NCBI RefSeq assembly: GCF_036588685.1
Contig: NC_086383.1
Span: 310,001-374,000, forward strand
Direction: 5' to 3'
DNA from: Mytilus trossulus
Taxonomy: Eukaryota
DNA length: 64,000 nucleotides
The number at the start of each line of letters is the position of its first letter. Position 1 is the first letter of the stretch. Below the pieces are notes generated by a model. The model was not told the origin of the DNA, made no database searches, and saw only the letters and a list, made by a program, of their open reading frames with translations. Positions 26,341-39,099 of the stretch are shown here, piece by piece. The translations under genes were made by a program, and so were the position numbers.

Positions 26341-28064
26341 CAGAAAGAAAAAAACAATATTTTTTATTGTAATTATTATTTGAATCTATGCCTTTGCATA
26401 TTAGTTACATAAGTAAATTACCACACATATTATCCTTCGTAATACATGTGTACTCATCACATGTGCTTTATCCTTTTTTATAATCCATATATATATATAT
26501 TAAAGAATACTTTAAAATTCTGTTCAATCACATCAAAATTATTCAAGTCAAACTATAACGTATTTTTGCAATCAAATTTTAAAGTATTTTTAGTATAAAT
26601 CAACACATGTTTTGTTCAGTGAACCGGATATACGATAGTGATGTGATACAGTGATCTTATTAGGTGTGAAAATCAATTGTAATGGTTATTTAAATATATT
26701 TTCCCTAGTCAAGTGAGGCTGTAAAAAAACAGGGCCCCTAAGTATGCGACCTGGGCTACCTAGGTATTTGTATAACAGGAAATGATTGAATAAAATATTT
26801 GTTATCGTTAAAAAAAAAAAAAATATTCGACTGCCTGTCAAATGATTGTAATCTTTATTATTTGTGATGTTATATAACATATTAAAAAAAACAGTTTACG
26901 AATAAAAATTAACGGCCTAATTCATGTACACAATAATAAACGAAAAACACGTTTGGTATACCACTATCGGACACAACCGTTTTGGGAGGAGACACGTACA
27001 TAATACCGGGGAATAAAATATTTGCGGGAGTATACCATTAATCTCTTTCGATACAAATATGTAGGAAAACTCATCAGATCGTTGCAAATATATATTAGAA
27101 GAGGTGGCATTGATACCAATGATGTAATCTCAATCCAAGTCAAATTTTTTAAAAGTTAACCATTATTGTTACATTGATCATGTTGATGTTTTTGTTCATT
27201 TGTGATTTCGGGTCCCTTTGTAGCTGACTATGTAGTATGGGCTTTGCTCATTATTGAAGGCGGTACAGTGACATATAGCAGTATGGAACCGAGATCCCTG
27301 TTCTTTGTGTTTTTCTTCAGAAACGTTGTGTGTACTAAAAACAACAGTGGTTTGTGTTGATAAATTATTATATGCTGTATTTCTAATTTTAGATTAACAA
27401 ATTCAACGATTTTTTAATCATATATTACGTAAACTTCTGTTTATTTGACTCATTCTTTATTTAAGGGGAGTTCCCAATCCAGAGAAAAGCGGTGGGGATT
27501 ACAACTATATGCTCTCAGTCAAACGCATTGATGGTAAAAAAAGGGGGGCCCTCCCCCAACGCCCTGGATCCACCACTGAACAGTGTATCAACTATGTTTT
27601 CTATTAAAACATACAGGTTAATCTTTGGTGAATTTTACATTAACCTTGATTGTTATAAAAACAATTTATATTTAATCAAAGCATCTATTGAAGGAATCGT
27701 GATTTTTAAAAGTGTGAATAGGAGGGTGTCTTCCTCCTATTCCCACTTTTTATAAATAGTATTCCTTCTATTCCCACTGGCAAATAACAATAGATGTTTT
27801 GATAAAAAAAATGTTTTTATAACAATAAAGGTTAATTAGAATTACACCTAAAATTTACCTGTATTTTTTTTTAAGCATAACATATTTGGTACACTGTTTA
27901 GGTATAATACAGATTTATTTTTTATTTTTTTAATCTGTAATCTTAAACTTTTGTCTGCTGTACTTATAAATCATGATATAAATAATATTATAACCAAGTA
28001 TAATAAAAAAAGATGTGGATTAAAGGTATACTCTAAAATGCAGCATACATATTTATTGGCATCA

Positions 28065-28500
28065 ATGCAAAATGCTATTTCTTCAACAACACGCAATGTA
28101 TCTGGAGAAAAGTACAAGAAACAGGTCTTCAGATTTAATACAAGGATGACAACAATACTCATCAACTAGTATGCCGTGCTGCTGTTCTTCCACTTATACC
28201 CTTTGCTGAGATTGCAAATGTGTGGTTAAATGCCCTAACAGACATATATCAGATTGATACAAACATCAACTACACAGCAATTACACACTATGTAACAACA
28301 TATTGGGTTAAACAGAACAGTCACCTTTGGAACCACTACTTAACATAAGAACTAAGGACAACAAATCATCTAAAGGGATGGTACAGCAAGCTGAAGAATC
28401 ATGGCATGCATCCACATCCAAACATTTTTAAACAAATTAAACTTCTGAAATATAAGGAAGCCTTCAACGCCCTGACCATGATCCAGTATGCACCCAGGAA
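28065..28500 (+). mobile_element. MULE (Mutator-like) transposase remnant
   Basis: Translates as TQCIWRKVQETGLQI*YKDD...RAAVLPLIP and WNHY...RTTNHLKGWYSKLK...HPHPNIF, which are typical MULE C-terminal motifs. Contains stops. Confidence 0.75.
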
Positions 28501-28784
28501 GTCACAACAGTAGAGTTTGGTGATACAGCCCCCCGCCTTCTTCACGTGGAATGGATTGATAAGCTTTAATAGACTTGTATGCAGTGATTGTCTAATGTTT
28601 TTGCTACAATGTGCCATATTTATTAGTGCTGTTGTATAATTTGTTTTTATATTATGCTTGCTTGAATCTACAGTTAAATTTGTGTTATAAAAGTAATAAA
28701 AATAATTCATTTAATTGTTTTAATTTCTTTCATATTTATTTTGTTTAAAAAAAAACGAATTCATAGATGCCAAAATAACTTATT

Positions 28785-29237
28785 TTGCTCACAAGGAAGC
28801 TATTAAATAAAGAATTCCAAATGGTGAAGTTGAAATCATCTCGTCGTACACTTTACGGACGCCATCACGAGTTGGTTGACCGCTATGGAATAACCGTTTC
28901 ACAAATGATATCGGATATGTTCCGTACGTCGTAACTACAATTCCCTTCCCTTGCATGAATGTGTCTTTCCGAATTAGACGACTTACCGGATTTGTAATCA
29001 CATAATCAATACGACGGGTGCCACATGTGGAGCAGGATCTGCTTACCCTTCCGGAGCACCTGAGATCACCCCTAGTTTTTGTTGGGGTTCGTGTTGTTTA
29101 TTCTTTAGTTTTCTATTTTGTGTCATGTGTACTATTGTTTTTCTGTTTGTCTTTTTCATTTTTAGCCATGGCGTTGTCAGTTTGTTTTAGATTTATGAGT
29201 TTGACTGTCCCTTTTGGTATCTGTCATCCCTCTTTTA
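28785..29237 (+). mobile_element. 3' fragment of a retroelement (Penelope-like RT C-terminus plus structured 3' region)
   Basis: Frame reads RKLLNKEFQMVKLKSSRRTLYGRHHELVDRYGITVSQM, followed by the GC-rich motif GGGTGCCACATGTGGAGCAGGATCTGCTTACCCTTCCGGAGCACC and a T-rich tail. The tail (...GGTATCTTTCGCCCCTCTTTT) recurs at ~47240-47360. Confidence 0.55.
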
Positions 29238-29789
29238 TTACCTGTTATAATAAAAAAAACATTGGTCAATTACCAGTTGATTTTAAAATGTTTGTATAGT
29301 ACCATCCTTTGTTTGCACAAGTTTTCCTTCAATTCCCACATGAAATTTTACCTTTTCTTACCAGATTTATAAAACATGGGAATAGAGGGAATGCACCTTT
29401 ATTTTAAGTAATTTTCATTTAAACTAGTTTGATATCTGTTTACAAAGCCTTCATATGGTACTGTGTTGTATGTGCTTTACTTACTGTTGAAGGTGGTATG
29501 GTGACTTTTGGTTATTTATTTCTGTTTCAATCGTGAAGATTTTTCTCATATCATAAGTTTCACTCATGTCCGTCAGTACTTTAGTCGTCACAAAGTTGGT
29601 TTCCATTTTCTAATTTTAGTTTGCCTCAACCAAATGTTATGAAACATATACACAATGCTTATTACAACAAAACAGAGATCAATTTGAATTCAGTTGGCCT
29701 CACTTTAAATGTTCCGAGTTATGCTCGTTTTGCGTTACTTTTCTTTGTTTTATACTTTAAAAATTGTTCCAACCGATAAACAGATCAGT

Positions 29790-29931
29790 TTCATATGTGG
29801 ATCTGGGGAGGGGGGTTGGGGGGCTGCCCCATCCATATTGTGGAAAAAATTGGTTGCTCATAAAGGGAATCATTGAAGTGTGACTGGAACGCCCCCTCCC
29901 CCTTTACATACAGTTCTGGATCCGCAACTGA
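29790..29931. mobile_element. Short MITE family with CAGTGGCGGATCC-like TIRs and G/C tracts
   Basis: Ends in GGATCCGCAACTG. Related copies at ~27460-27578 (GGATCCACCACTG) and ~46190-46352 (AGTCGCGGATCC...GGTTCCGCCAATG). Confidence 0.55.
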
Positions 29932-32278
29932 GTTTAGAACTGTATAGTCAACCTTAAATGACCTGGTTAAGTGAAAAAAATTCTAAAAGTGACCATTTGA
30001 TCTTTCAGGAAAACTTTTCTGCAGCCCTTATTTCTGTCATACATACCATATGATATTTTTCGACTTTCTTGTATTTATTTTTATATCATTTCTGTTAATA
30101 TCAAAAAGAAGATGTGGTATAATTGCCAAATTGAAACAACACTTCACCAGAGACCAAAATGACACAGAAATAACTATAGGTTATCATATGGCAAAGCCAA
30201 TGCCGCATAGTAAGCAATGAAAGGTCCCGAAATGACAATGTAAATCAATTCAAACAAGAAAACCTATTTATTTACAAAAGTGAACGAAAAAACAAATATG
30301 TAACACATAAACAGACAACGATCACGGAATTACAGGCTCCTGACTTTGGACAGGCACATACATAGAGAATGTGGCGGGATTAAATATATAGCAGTATACC
30401 AACTATATATAAATTAATCCCCAAGAAAATATTTAAATAGATAAATTAGTTATGATTAAGAATTTGACATATTGTGTAGACACCTATAACTACTAGTATT
30501 GTTGCAATCTTAATGTTGCCAGCAATTTAGAAAGTTAAATAAAAGTTTCACTTTCCAATCTTAAACTCTCCCCATTTTTTTTCCCATTCTTCGTTCAATA
30601 AATTGTTTATATTTAATTTTAATTTGTATACTTTTTAGGTCACGGATAAAAGTGATTTTATTCATAAAAAAGGGGGAATATTCCGGTTTTCAGACATTGC
30701 TTTGAGCAGTTATGAGCAGTTATGAAACTTTAGTGACGGGTTTTAAAATATATCTATTAACATAATCTCTCTTTAGTTTTTCACAAATTTGTGATATTAC
30801 ATTGAGAAGTTATTACATTTTTATTATTTTTTGAAAAAGCTACGGGCATAACATGTGCTCATGGCGCAGCTGTTTATTTCTAATTTATGGAATTACACCC
30901 CTTTCAAAGTCGAGGATAAGTTAAAAGTACATTTGAACCTTTCTGAGGTAGTTAATGTACACCTTAGCTGTGCATGATCCTAATCTAAGAACGATTCAAA
31001 CAAAAGCTACCAAACCTCCAATCCTCCCCAAAAATGCAACAGTGTATATATTTGAATTTGTTGAGTCTTTTCAATGGGCAAAGACAGTCATGACAGTAAT
31101 GGGAGTGAAACAAAGCAAAGCATGCAGTTATATTCCCATTAGAAAAATGAACATTATTAACATAATTATATGTAATTTTTTAAATAAACTATATTATATA
31201 TGATTTTATTGACTGTTATGGGTGAAATTTGTTACAGGGGCAACTGTTGTAATAATACTTAATGATTGTAGTTAAGAGCTTATATATCTTTCAATGTATG
31301 TCTTTTCATAAAGGTTAAGAAACAATTCCGAACATTCCCTATACTGCAGAATTCAACAAATAATAACTATGTTTCAAAGGAGAAAATACGTTAACATGGT
31401 GATAAAATTCAAGAGAGCCCCACACAATGTTTTATTTATTTTGGTCAGATAGTATTTAAACTTTGTTACTACAATGCAAGCTTTGATTAACATATTTCTC
31501 ATTTTTGGAAAAACACACGAGAAAATTTGTTAATTTCACAATACTTCATGATTCCGAAAAAAATGAATGTTTTTAGTATTTTTTAACAAAACATCTAAAA
31601 GTCGGGATTGAACTGCAATACTAACTAAGCTCTGAAGCTAAAACCAAGCTATATCGATGTTATACATGTATATGAAATTTCTGAAAATAAAATTTATTCT
31701 ATTCATTATCATTATTCTATTCATAATCAGGCTCTCGGACCAAACGTTATCTTTTCAAGATTGTACATATATGATATTTTTTAAAATAAACCTACCCCCC
31801 TTTTTTTCCTAACCTTGGGTTCTAACCCCAATGTTTCATTATATACTACATTTGTTGAACCTTATGAAAAGAACAGAAAAGACTGTGAGTGAAGCAAAGC
31901 ATATTCTAAACTGTTTCTCCCTTCTCGTTTTTTGTATTGATTGGACTGTTGGTTTCCTTGTGTGAATGGTTTACACTAATATGTGCTGGAACCCTTTACA
32001 GCTTACTGTTCGATGTGAACCAAGCCTCCGTGATGCTGACCGTTCTTTGACCTATAATTATGATAAGGATTTACTTTTACAAATTGTGACTGAAAGAGTT
32101 GTCTCATCGGCACTTATGCCACTTCTTCGTATTTACATGTACAAAGACAAAACTTAACAGAAAACGATTGAAAAACCCGAAAATTTAAAAAACAATAAAA
32201 TTTATTATAAACTACCGAATGATATTTCGTCATCTTCATCTTAAGTAAACGGACTATGATACTACAGAAGGCGATATA

Positions 32279-35200
32279 TGGTGGAAGATATTAGCAAGCA
32301 AAATTGAGGGAATTGTGAGCACGAAAATTACCACAAACCATCATTATTATATACCTTTTAGGAAATAACTGCTGGCCAATAAAAAAAAATATTTTCTAAA
32401 ATGGCTGTTTTCTTTGGTTTGAAAATACTGATTTTTTCTGGAAAACTTTCCTTTGGACTTCTTTTTGTGAAAACCAATTACCAGGTTTGGTGGATACCTT
32501 CCTAACATCACATATTTATTAAAAATGAACGTTGGACATATCCAGTATTTGCGCATGCGCGCAAATGTAACAAAATTCTTTCGAAAACATTTGACCTATT
32601 TACCATATGGTTAGTGTTTTTGGATTTCTAATAATATAATGAATTGGTTTAATAACGTTTTTCAAGGTTATGATACACATGTGTTTAACACTTTTGCTCA
32701 TGTGCGAACTATTTATAGAAATCAAGAGCGATTTGCATACACTACCAGGCAATTCTCATGTACTCGATGGTCAAGGCGAAAATGTGGTTAATCCCGGATA
32801 AATATTAATTGCAACTGTAGATCAGCCACTTTTGAAAATGCCTAAGCAAATTCAGTGGGAATGGCCTGATTTGTAAGGAAAAGATATGTGTATAGTCTTG
32901 TTTGATGGAGTGCACATTGAAATGACTTGTTGTAAAATTCTGGGTGATATATTGCGTAATAGGGGATGGACATGTTGTCTTACTGAAGCCAATATTGCAA
33001 CACCAAGAACGGCAGATTCTTTTTATGTATGTTCAAATGTACCTTCAACTAGACAGGCGCTTGTATTTTGCTTGAATTGTTAATTTCGGATTATGAAAGC
33101 TAAACTCAGAATATATAATACTGTCATGACTCTGTAGCGTTCAATGATTTAAAAGACTGGTGTAAGGAAAAATGTTTATCTCGAACACAGTTTAATTCCT
33201 GGCGTTCAATTATAAATTAAGAACCTCATCTGATTTTAGTATTATGCTCATTTCATGAGTGAAATTTTGTACTTTTCAAACAGTCTATATAAAGCATGAT
33301 AGCGTATTGTTTTGATCGTGTAAATTATGCTCGATTGCTACCGACCCGTCTCCGAGATATGACTTCCCGTCCCGCACATCACGATTTTATTTTGAAAAGG
33401 ATAATTTCACTGTACGTAAGATCAGCGAATTTCTTTCTTATAACACAATTGATCAGACACAAAAACAAAATCATGCAATTGTGAAGGGCGAATGGATGGT
33501 TGCTGGACCAGGAGTCAGTATACTAGAAGATGAATTCTACAACAGACCAACGACATAATGAAGACTTTACGAAAACACAATAAGATTTCTTTAAACAGCT
33601 TTAAAGGCTTTGGAAAGTGATGAATGAGTCTGGAAATTCATTTATAGAACAGTCGTCAGATTTAAAACAAAATACACCATTTAGAAAATATTGTTGATTC
33701 GGAAACAGGTAAGATATGTAAAATAAACTCAAAGATATTGGTCCAAACAATACGAAGATCTTTTGAAGCAAATGCTATACGAAGTAGAACCTGCTTTTTA
33801 TAACCAAAATAAAATTAATCTGGAAACGTCTTTATCAAAAACAAAGTTAGAGAACCTTAAAAGTGATTGCGATATCTTTCCAAGACTTTTCATTTTTTTA
33901 TCACAGTAGACAGTTTTCTTGGAATATTTCTTTATCCATAAAAACTAACCTGCTCCTCTGTCTTTATCTCAGGATGTCACTTGAAATAGTGGTATTAAAT
34001 CGCTGTAAATGGGTTTTACTTGAAACATTCTGCGATTTGCTGATCCAAATTCGGACGCATTTATCGTTGGTGGGGAAGCAATTGTTTATTCTAGGTCACA
34101 AAGTTGGGCAAAAATATTTGATGATTATGCTAATGATGTCATACTGCCTTATATAAAATATTGCATCGATAAGTATTCAAAAGTAGACATTGTGTTTGAT
34201 GTTTACTAAATGAATAATTTAAAGGCTGTGCCAAGACAAAGGCAAGGTTCTTGTGCCAGATGGAAAAATGTTAGTTCTGGTAGAACACAAAGGGTTTGTA
34301 GTAGTTTTCTCTGTGAAGATGACAACGAAACGAAATTGTTCAAGTTTCTTGCTGACAAAATTGCTTCTTAAGAGACTTAAAAAAATGTGTATGTTACTCA
34401 TGGTGAAAATATTCTTTGCAATTTCACAAAGATACTTCCTATCTATCCCCAGGTAATCATGAAGAAGCAGAAACACGAATATTTGTCCATGTTCGGCATG
34501 ATTATGAAAAGTGTTGTAAAATGTAATTTTAGGTAGTACTGACGCAGATGTAAAAGTATCAAGATTTGCATCAATCGCAAAATCAGGTAGACCAAATTGT
34601 TGATAGTTTATGGCAGGAATAACGACTTCTGATGGCTTCCTGTACGTGACATATCAAATGCGTTTGTTCCATGTGTAGCTGCTCTTTCTTTCGCCCATGC
34701 ACTCAGTGGATGTGGCGCTTTGTCGAATTGTCGTGAGAAAGGGAAGAGGTCAGCTTGGCTAACAATGTAAGGTTTTCCAGATGTAAAGGATTTTTTTTGT
34801 GGCTTAAGTATGAAGCGAGACACGATGTGAATTGTTTGCCTGGAAGCGGCGGCATTGTGATGTAATTCCGCCTACAAGAGGTTCTTTTCCAGAGCACATC
34901 ACAAGAGAAGTATATCAAGGAGGAATTTCTTGGGCTCAGTCTGATTCATGTATTCGACAGGTACATGTTACAAGTCATGATCACTGGAGTTGGATGAAAG
35001 GAAGACTCAATGACAGTTGGAAACCAAAATGTACTTCTTTGACTGCCGTTTCATCTCGTGTCAGGAAATTTTGAAATGCGGAGGCGAAAATCCACCTGTG
35101 TTGGTAACTGTAAATGCTTTTGTTCTGGCCTTCTTTGTACGGGTTGTATAGGCATTTATCAGATAATTGTAAGATAAGCAACCTGTCTTTCTAACCAAAC

Positions 35201-35778
35201 TCGGCATTCAAACTTAAAAAAGAGTGTTATCACTTGTTAAGTTGATGGAAATTAATAAAAAAAAATATTTGCCACGTATTTTCCGCCATTTTTTAACCGG
35301 AAGTCACTATTTGTTTTCATTTATGTGTTGTTTTGTCGTACTTAGGAGCTGTTTTGAACGTTTCATCATATCTTACATTGGATCATACCTATAACACATC
35401 TTTCAAGGATTTACATCCCTTGTAAAGTTGCTTAAAAGTATAAAAAAAGAAGTTTTTGACTTTTTGCCGGCATTTTGAAACCGGAAGTCACCTTAAGTTT
35501 CATAAATGTATTGTCTAGTCGGAATTTAGGGAACTGTCATTTAATTTTTATCAAATCTAACATTGGATTTACATATAACACACCTTTCAAAGGATTGACG
35601 AATTATTGCCAATTTGTAATGTCGCCATTTATGAAATGTGAAGTGGCCATTTTGAAAAAAAATGATTTTTTTTCTGGCCAGCAGCGGATTTCTTTTCAGT
35701 ATAATTTAGTCAACCTTTATACCAAATTTCATGCTTGTATCACGATTTGCACAATAATGTCAATAATATCTCCCACTA
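32279..35778 (+). mobile_element. Decayed AcademX DNA transposon inserted in the intron upstream of the cGLR-1 exon
   Basis: 15-bp TIRs TGGTGGAAGATATTA / TAATATCTCCCACTA (13/15) and a 3-bp TSD ATA (32276-8, 35779-81). Transposase remnants TVDQPL..KQIQWEWP and FDGVHIEM..LGDIL..GW..LTEANIAT..TADSF; XPG/FEN-like HEEAETRIFVH, TDADV, HALSGC..KGKRSAW, IPPT..EHI.R..YQ; C-terminal Cys cluster. The empty site is present in the paralogous intron (~60030-60045). Confidence 0.85.
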
Positions 35779-35931
35779 ATATCCAACAATACTGTTTTGT
35801 GCAATTGGTGGTAAGACGTTTTTTTGTCATTATGTAACGGATCTCGGGGCTATACCTATGTATTACGAACGTCATTACACGATTTAGATATGAAGAAGTG
35901 TATTTACATATCTTTTTTTTTTATTTTTTAG

Positions 35932-37901
35932 AGCATTTGTCTTGGACTGAAAATGATTCTATAGAAAACCAATTGGTTAACCACCTTATAAGAACAATAG
36001 GTACTGAAATAGACATACGTAAAAGACAAATACTGTGTATTTTAAATGATAAAATATTCAATGCAAAGCACGATAATATAATACAAATATCAAGTGGGAG
36101 TTTAGCAGAAGGAATGGATTTACCCGGAAGTGACATCGATATGATGTATGTCGATGATGGAGTAAACGTAACACAGATTGAAAGGAATATTAAACATCAG
36201 GTACAACGTACTGAAGTATTTATGGAGACAGATACTGATCATCCTGGATTTACTAGACTCAGATTGGTAGCAGCAGGGAAAACAGGAAATATTTTTCTAT
36301 CTAATGAATGTATTGTCAAAACACAAACAGGTCAATATTTATCAACGACCAACTTTGTAAATCATATGAAGCAGGGACACAAGCAGGAGACGTTGTCTAC
36401 ACACGGTCCCTGTTTATCAGATAAAAATCAAACTATTGATTATGCATTCTGCCTTAGAAGTAAATATTTGCCCTACCATGTTATGCCATGGATATTGCGT
36501 TATCGACGGCAATGGCCCCCTAATGTCATTATTGACAGGATAGTATATTACGGTTGTTTGTTAGTACCTATTGGACCAAGGAGTATGCCAAATTGTAATT
36601 TATTATGGAGAATATCTTTCTCTGTGGCAGAAAAACAACTTGTCCATTCGTTTAATTTCACCCAACTCTTGTGTTACGGTCTTCTTAAATTAACATTAAA
36701 ACGTATCGTAAACACAAACAACGGTGTGAAAGATTTGTTGTGTTCTTACTTTTTGAAGACGGCTTTATTCTGGGTCTCAGAGGAAGTTGATATTGACACT
36801 TTTCAATTACCTACATTGTTTATTTGTTTTTATCTCTGCCTAAATAAGCTGATGTCATGGGTAAACAACTGTTACTGTCCGAACTATTTCATACCTGAAC
36901 AAAACATGTTCTTAGGAAAGATCAATACATATAACAATAACTCATTAGTCAGTGTACTCAATAGTATAAAGTATAGGGGTATCAGGGGATTGATGCAGAA
37001 TTTATTTCATTATTATAAATGTAATATTAGTTGTTATCCGCCGTATAGTGACACTAGAGAACAATCGATACTAATGTTAGACTTCCTGTTTTACAGATTT
37101 TTTGGTATTATGGTGACTGATACGGAAATAATGTCAAATCTTACAAAAAAATATAACGTACTAACATTTATTGAATCATTACAAAGTTCTGAATCGTCTA
37201 CATTTAATATCGGTGTGTGTAAGTTTCATTATGCGTCTATCAGTCAATATGCAGCACAAATGTTACCACCACCGAATACAAATTATAACATACACACAAG
37301 GTATCATAGACATTTACATGACAGTAAACAGAGGGATGCCGTGACAGGTTGGTTGTTGTACGCGTCGTTTTATTATGTAACAGAACAGTACAATGTAACA
37401 CTCAGACTTACGGAGTATGTGCTATCAAAATGTTCACCTGATATGTTGTGGATGAGCCAATTCTTCCACAGTGAAGAAGTTGTAAATAATTACAGACATC
37501 ATGTACATTATTCTATGTCATTGAATGCAAAGATGAAAACAGCTGTTGCATATGATTTATTGTACTTACAACACTTATCAATAATACCAAAAGAATTATA
37601 TTTGGAGGTAGAAGACGCGTTCTTCATCATACCACCTGTAATAATGTCTCACTGTCTACGATTTCTATGCTATCATCATATTGGTGATAATATCAACAGA
37701 CAACAGACATTACGTCAATTATCTTTAACAAGAGCTGTGACGACTGATGTATTATCTAATACATATACACTAATTGGTGTATGTTGTGAAATATCCGGTG
37801 ATAATGACGCAGCTTTTCGTTGTTATAATGACGCTTTGCAATGTGATTATTATATATGTCCCTCAGCAGAAAAAAGGAAGTTAAGACTGTTAAATATCTA
37901 A
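35932..37901 (+). CDS. cGAS-like receptor / Mab-21 family nucleotidyltransferase, copy 1 (large terminal coding exon; upstream exon not identified)
   Basis: Uninterrupted ORF. NTase signature SGSLAEGMDLPGSDIDMM, third acidic residue in TIDYAF, Mab-21 motifs WRISFSVAEKQL, SYFLKTALFW, CPNYFIPEQNMF, and a helical/TPR-like C-terminus. Acceptor TTTTTTAG at 35930-31 (phase 1). The ORF-track start at 35898 is intronic. Confidence 0.93.
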
Positions 37902-37974
37902 ATTAAAGGAGATCGCTACGACATTTTAGTCCTCACTTTACTGCGTGCAGTGATCTATATAGTTATTCTCTTAG

Positions 37975-38395
37975 GTAAACAGCATTTGGTCATCTTCATG
38001 TACCAAGGCCAAAGTCTGAATACTTCAAAAAGACTTTTCAATATTCTGGTCTTATCATTTGGAATAATTTGCCAAATGATATAAAGGATTTAAGACATAT
38101 AAAAAGCTTTACGATGAAATGTGCTAATCTCTTTATCATAAAACAAAATGAGTAGACAAACTTGTTTAGGACCTTCTTGCCATGCTTGTTCTACAGTCTG
38201 TTTTCATGCTTGTATATATATATATATATATATATACGTAATGGTGTACATATGTATTTGTTATTGTTCTATATGCATTGATTGTTCCATTAATTATTCA
38301 TTTAAATGTGTGAAGGCCTTGTATGAGATTAACAATTGTATGTTAAATGAGTTACCTTCGTTAAATAAAGAATTAATTATTATTATTATTATTAC
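37975..38395 (+). mobile_element. 5'-truncated CR1/L2-type LINE 3' end inserted just after the cGLR-1 stop
   Basis: VPRPKSEYFKKTFQYSGLIIWNNLPNDIK remnant, AATAAA at 38364 and an (ATT)n tail. Absent from the paralogous 3' region of copy 2 (homology resumes ~38410 vs ~62238). Confidence 0.75.
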
Positions 38396-39099
38396 TAAAT
38401 TTGTTTAAGGTGTTATCAAGCTGCACCATGTAAGAGGTGTTAGTCTTTCTTAATTCAATTACATCGCACTAAAATATTGAATTGATACAGTGTCGATGCA
38501 ACCTTATACATGTTATATGTACGTTTTTATGATGCAAAAAATTCAAATATATGAGGGGTTTTGCTGGTATAAATCCATCTTCTTTTTTAGATATAGCATC
38601 CCGCTATATTCACATTATAAACCAATTATTCACAGTAAAACTACAAATTAAATCGTAATTGATTAAATGCACTTGTTGAATAACAGCAAGGCTATAACAT
38701 TTTACATTAAATTATGCCAAGTTTTATCAGACATGTCAGAGCTCAAACACCATTTTCCTGACAAGTCTAAAACATTTATTAGGTCTGCTGAAACAAACTA
38801 AAACAAAACAAACACACACAATGGCTACTGCTACCGAGAGTGAGAGCGAATTATCGGAATCTGTAGACAATTCAGACACAAATACATTATTAAGTGAAAT
38901 GGACAGCCCTTCATGCAGTTACTGGGACTTTCAAAACCAAATTCAAGCACTAGATATATATATCCCTGTAAATGTTCACAAAATCAAAAACAAAGTGCTA
39001 CAAATGAAAATCAAAAGCATCAGAGAGTGACTAGTTCAGAAATGTGACATAGACTCATCCCTTCAAGAGCAACTTTATAACAATACTTCAAAGAAAACA

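Noticed and set aside
35898-35931. ORF-track N-termini of the cGLR ORFs (35898 and 60082)
   Set aside because: Non-ATG starts running through polypyrimidine tracts; these are intron sequence upstream of conserved phase-1 acceptors.
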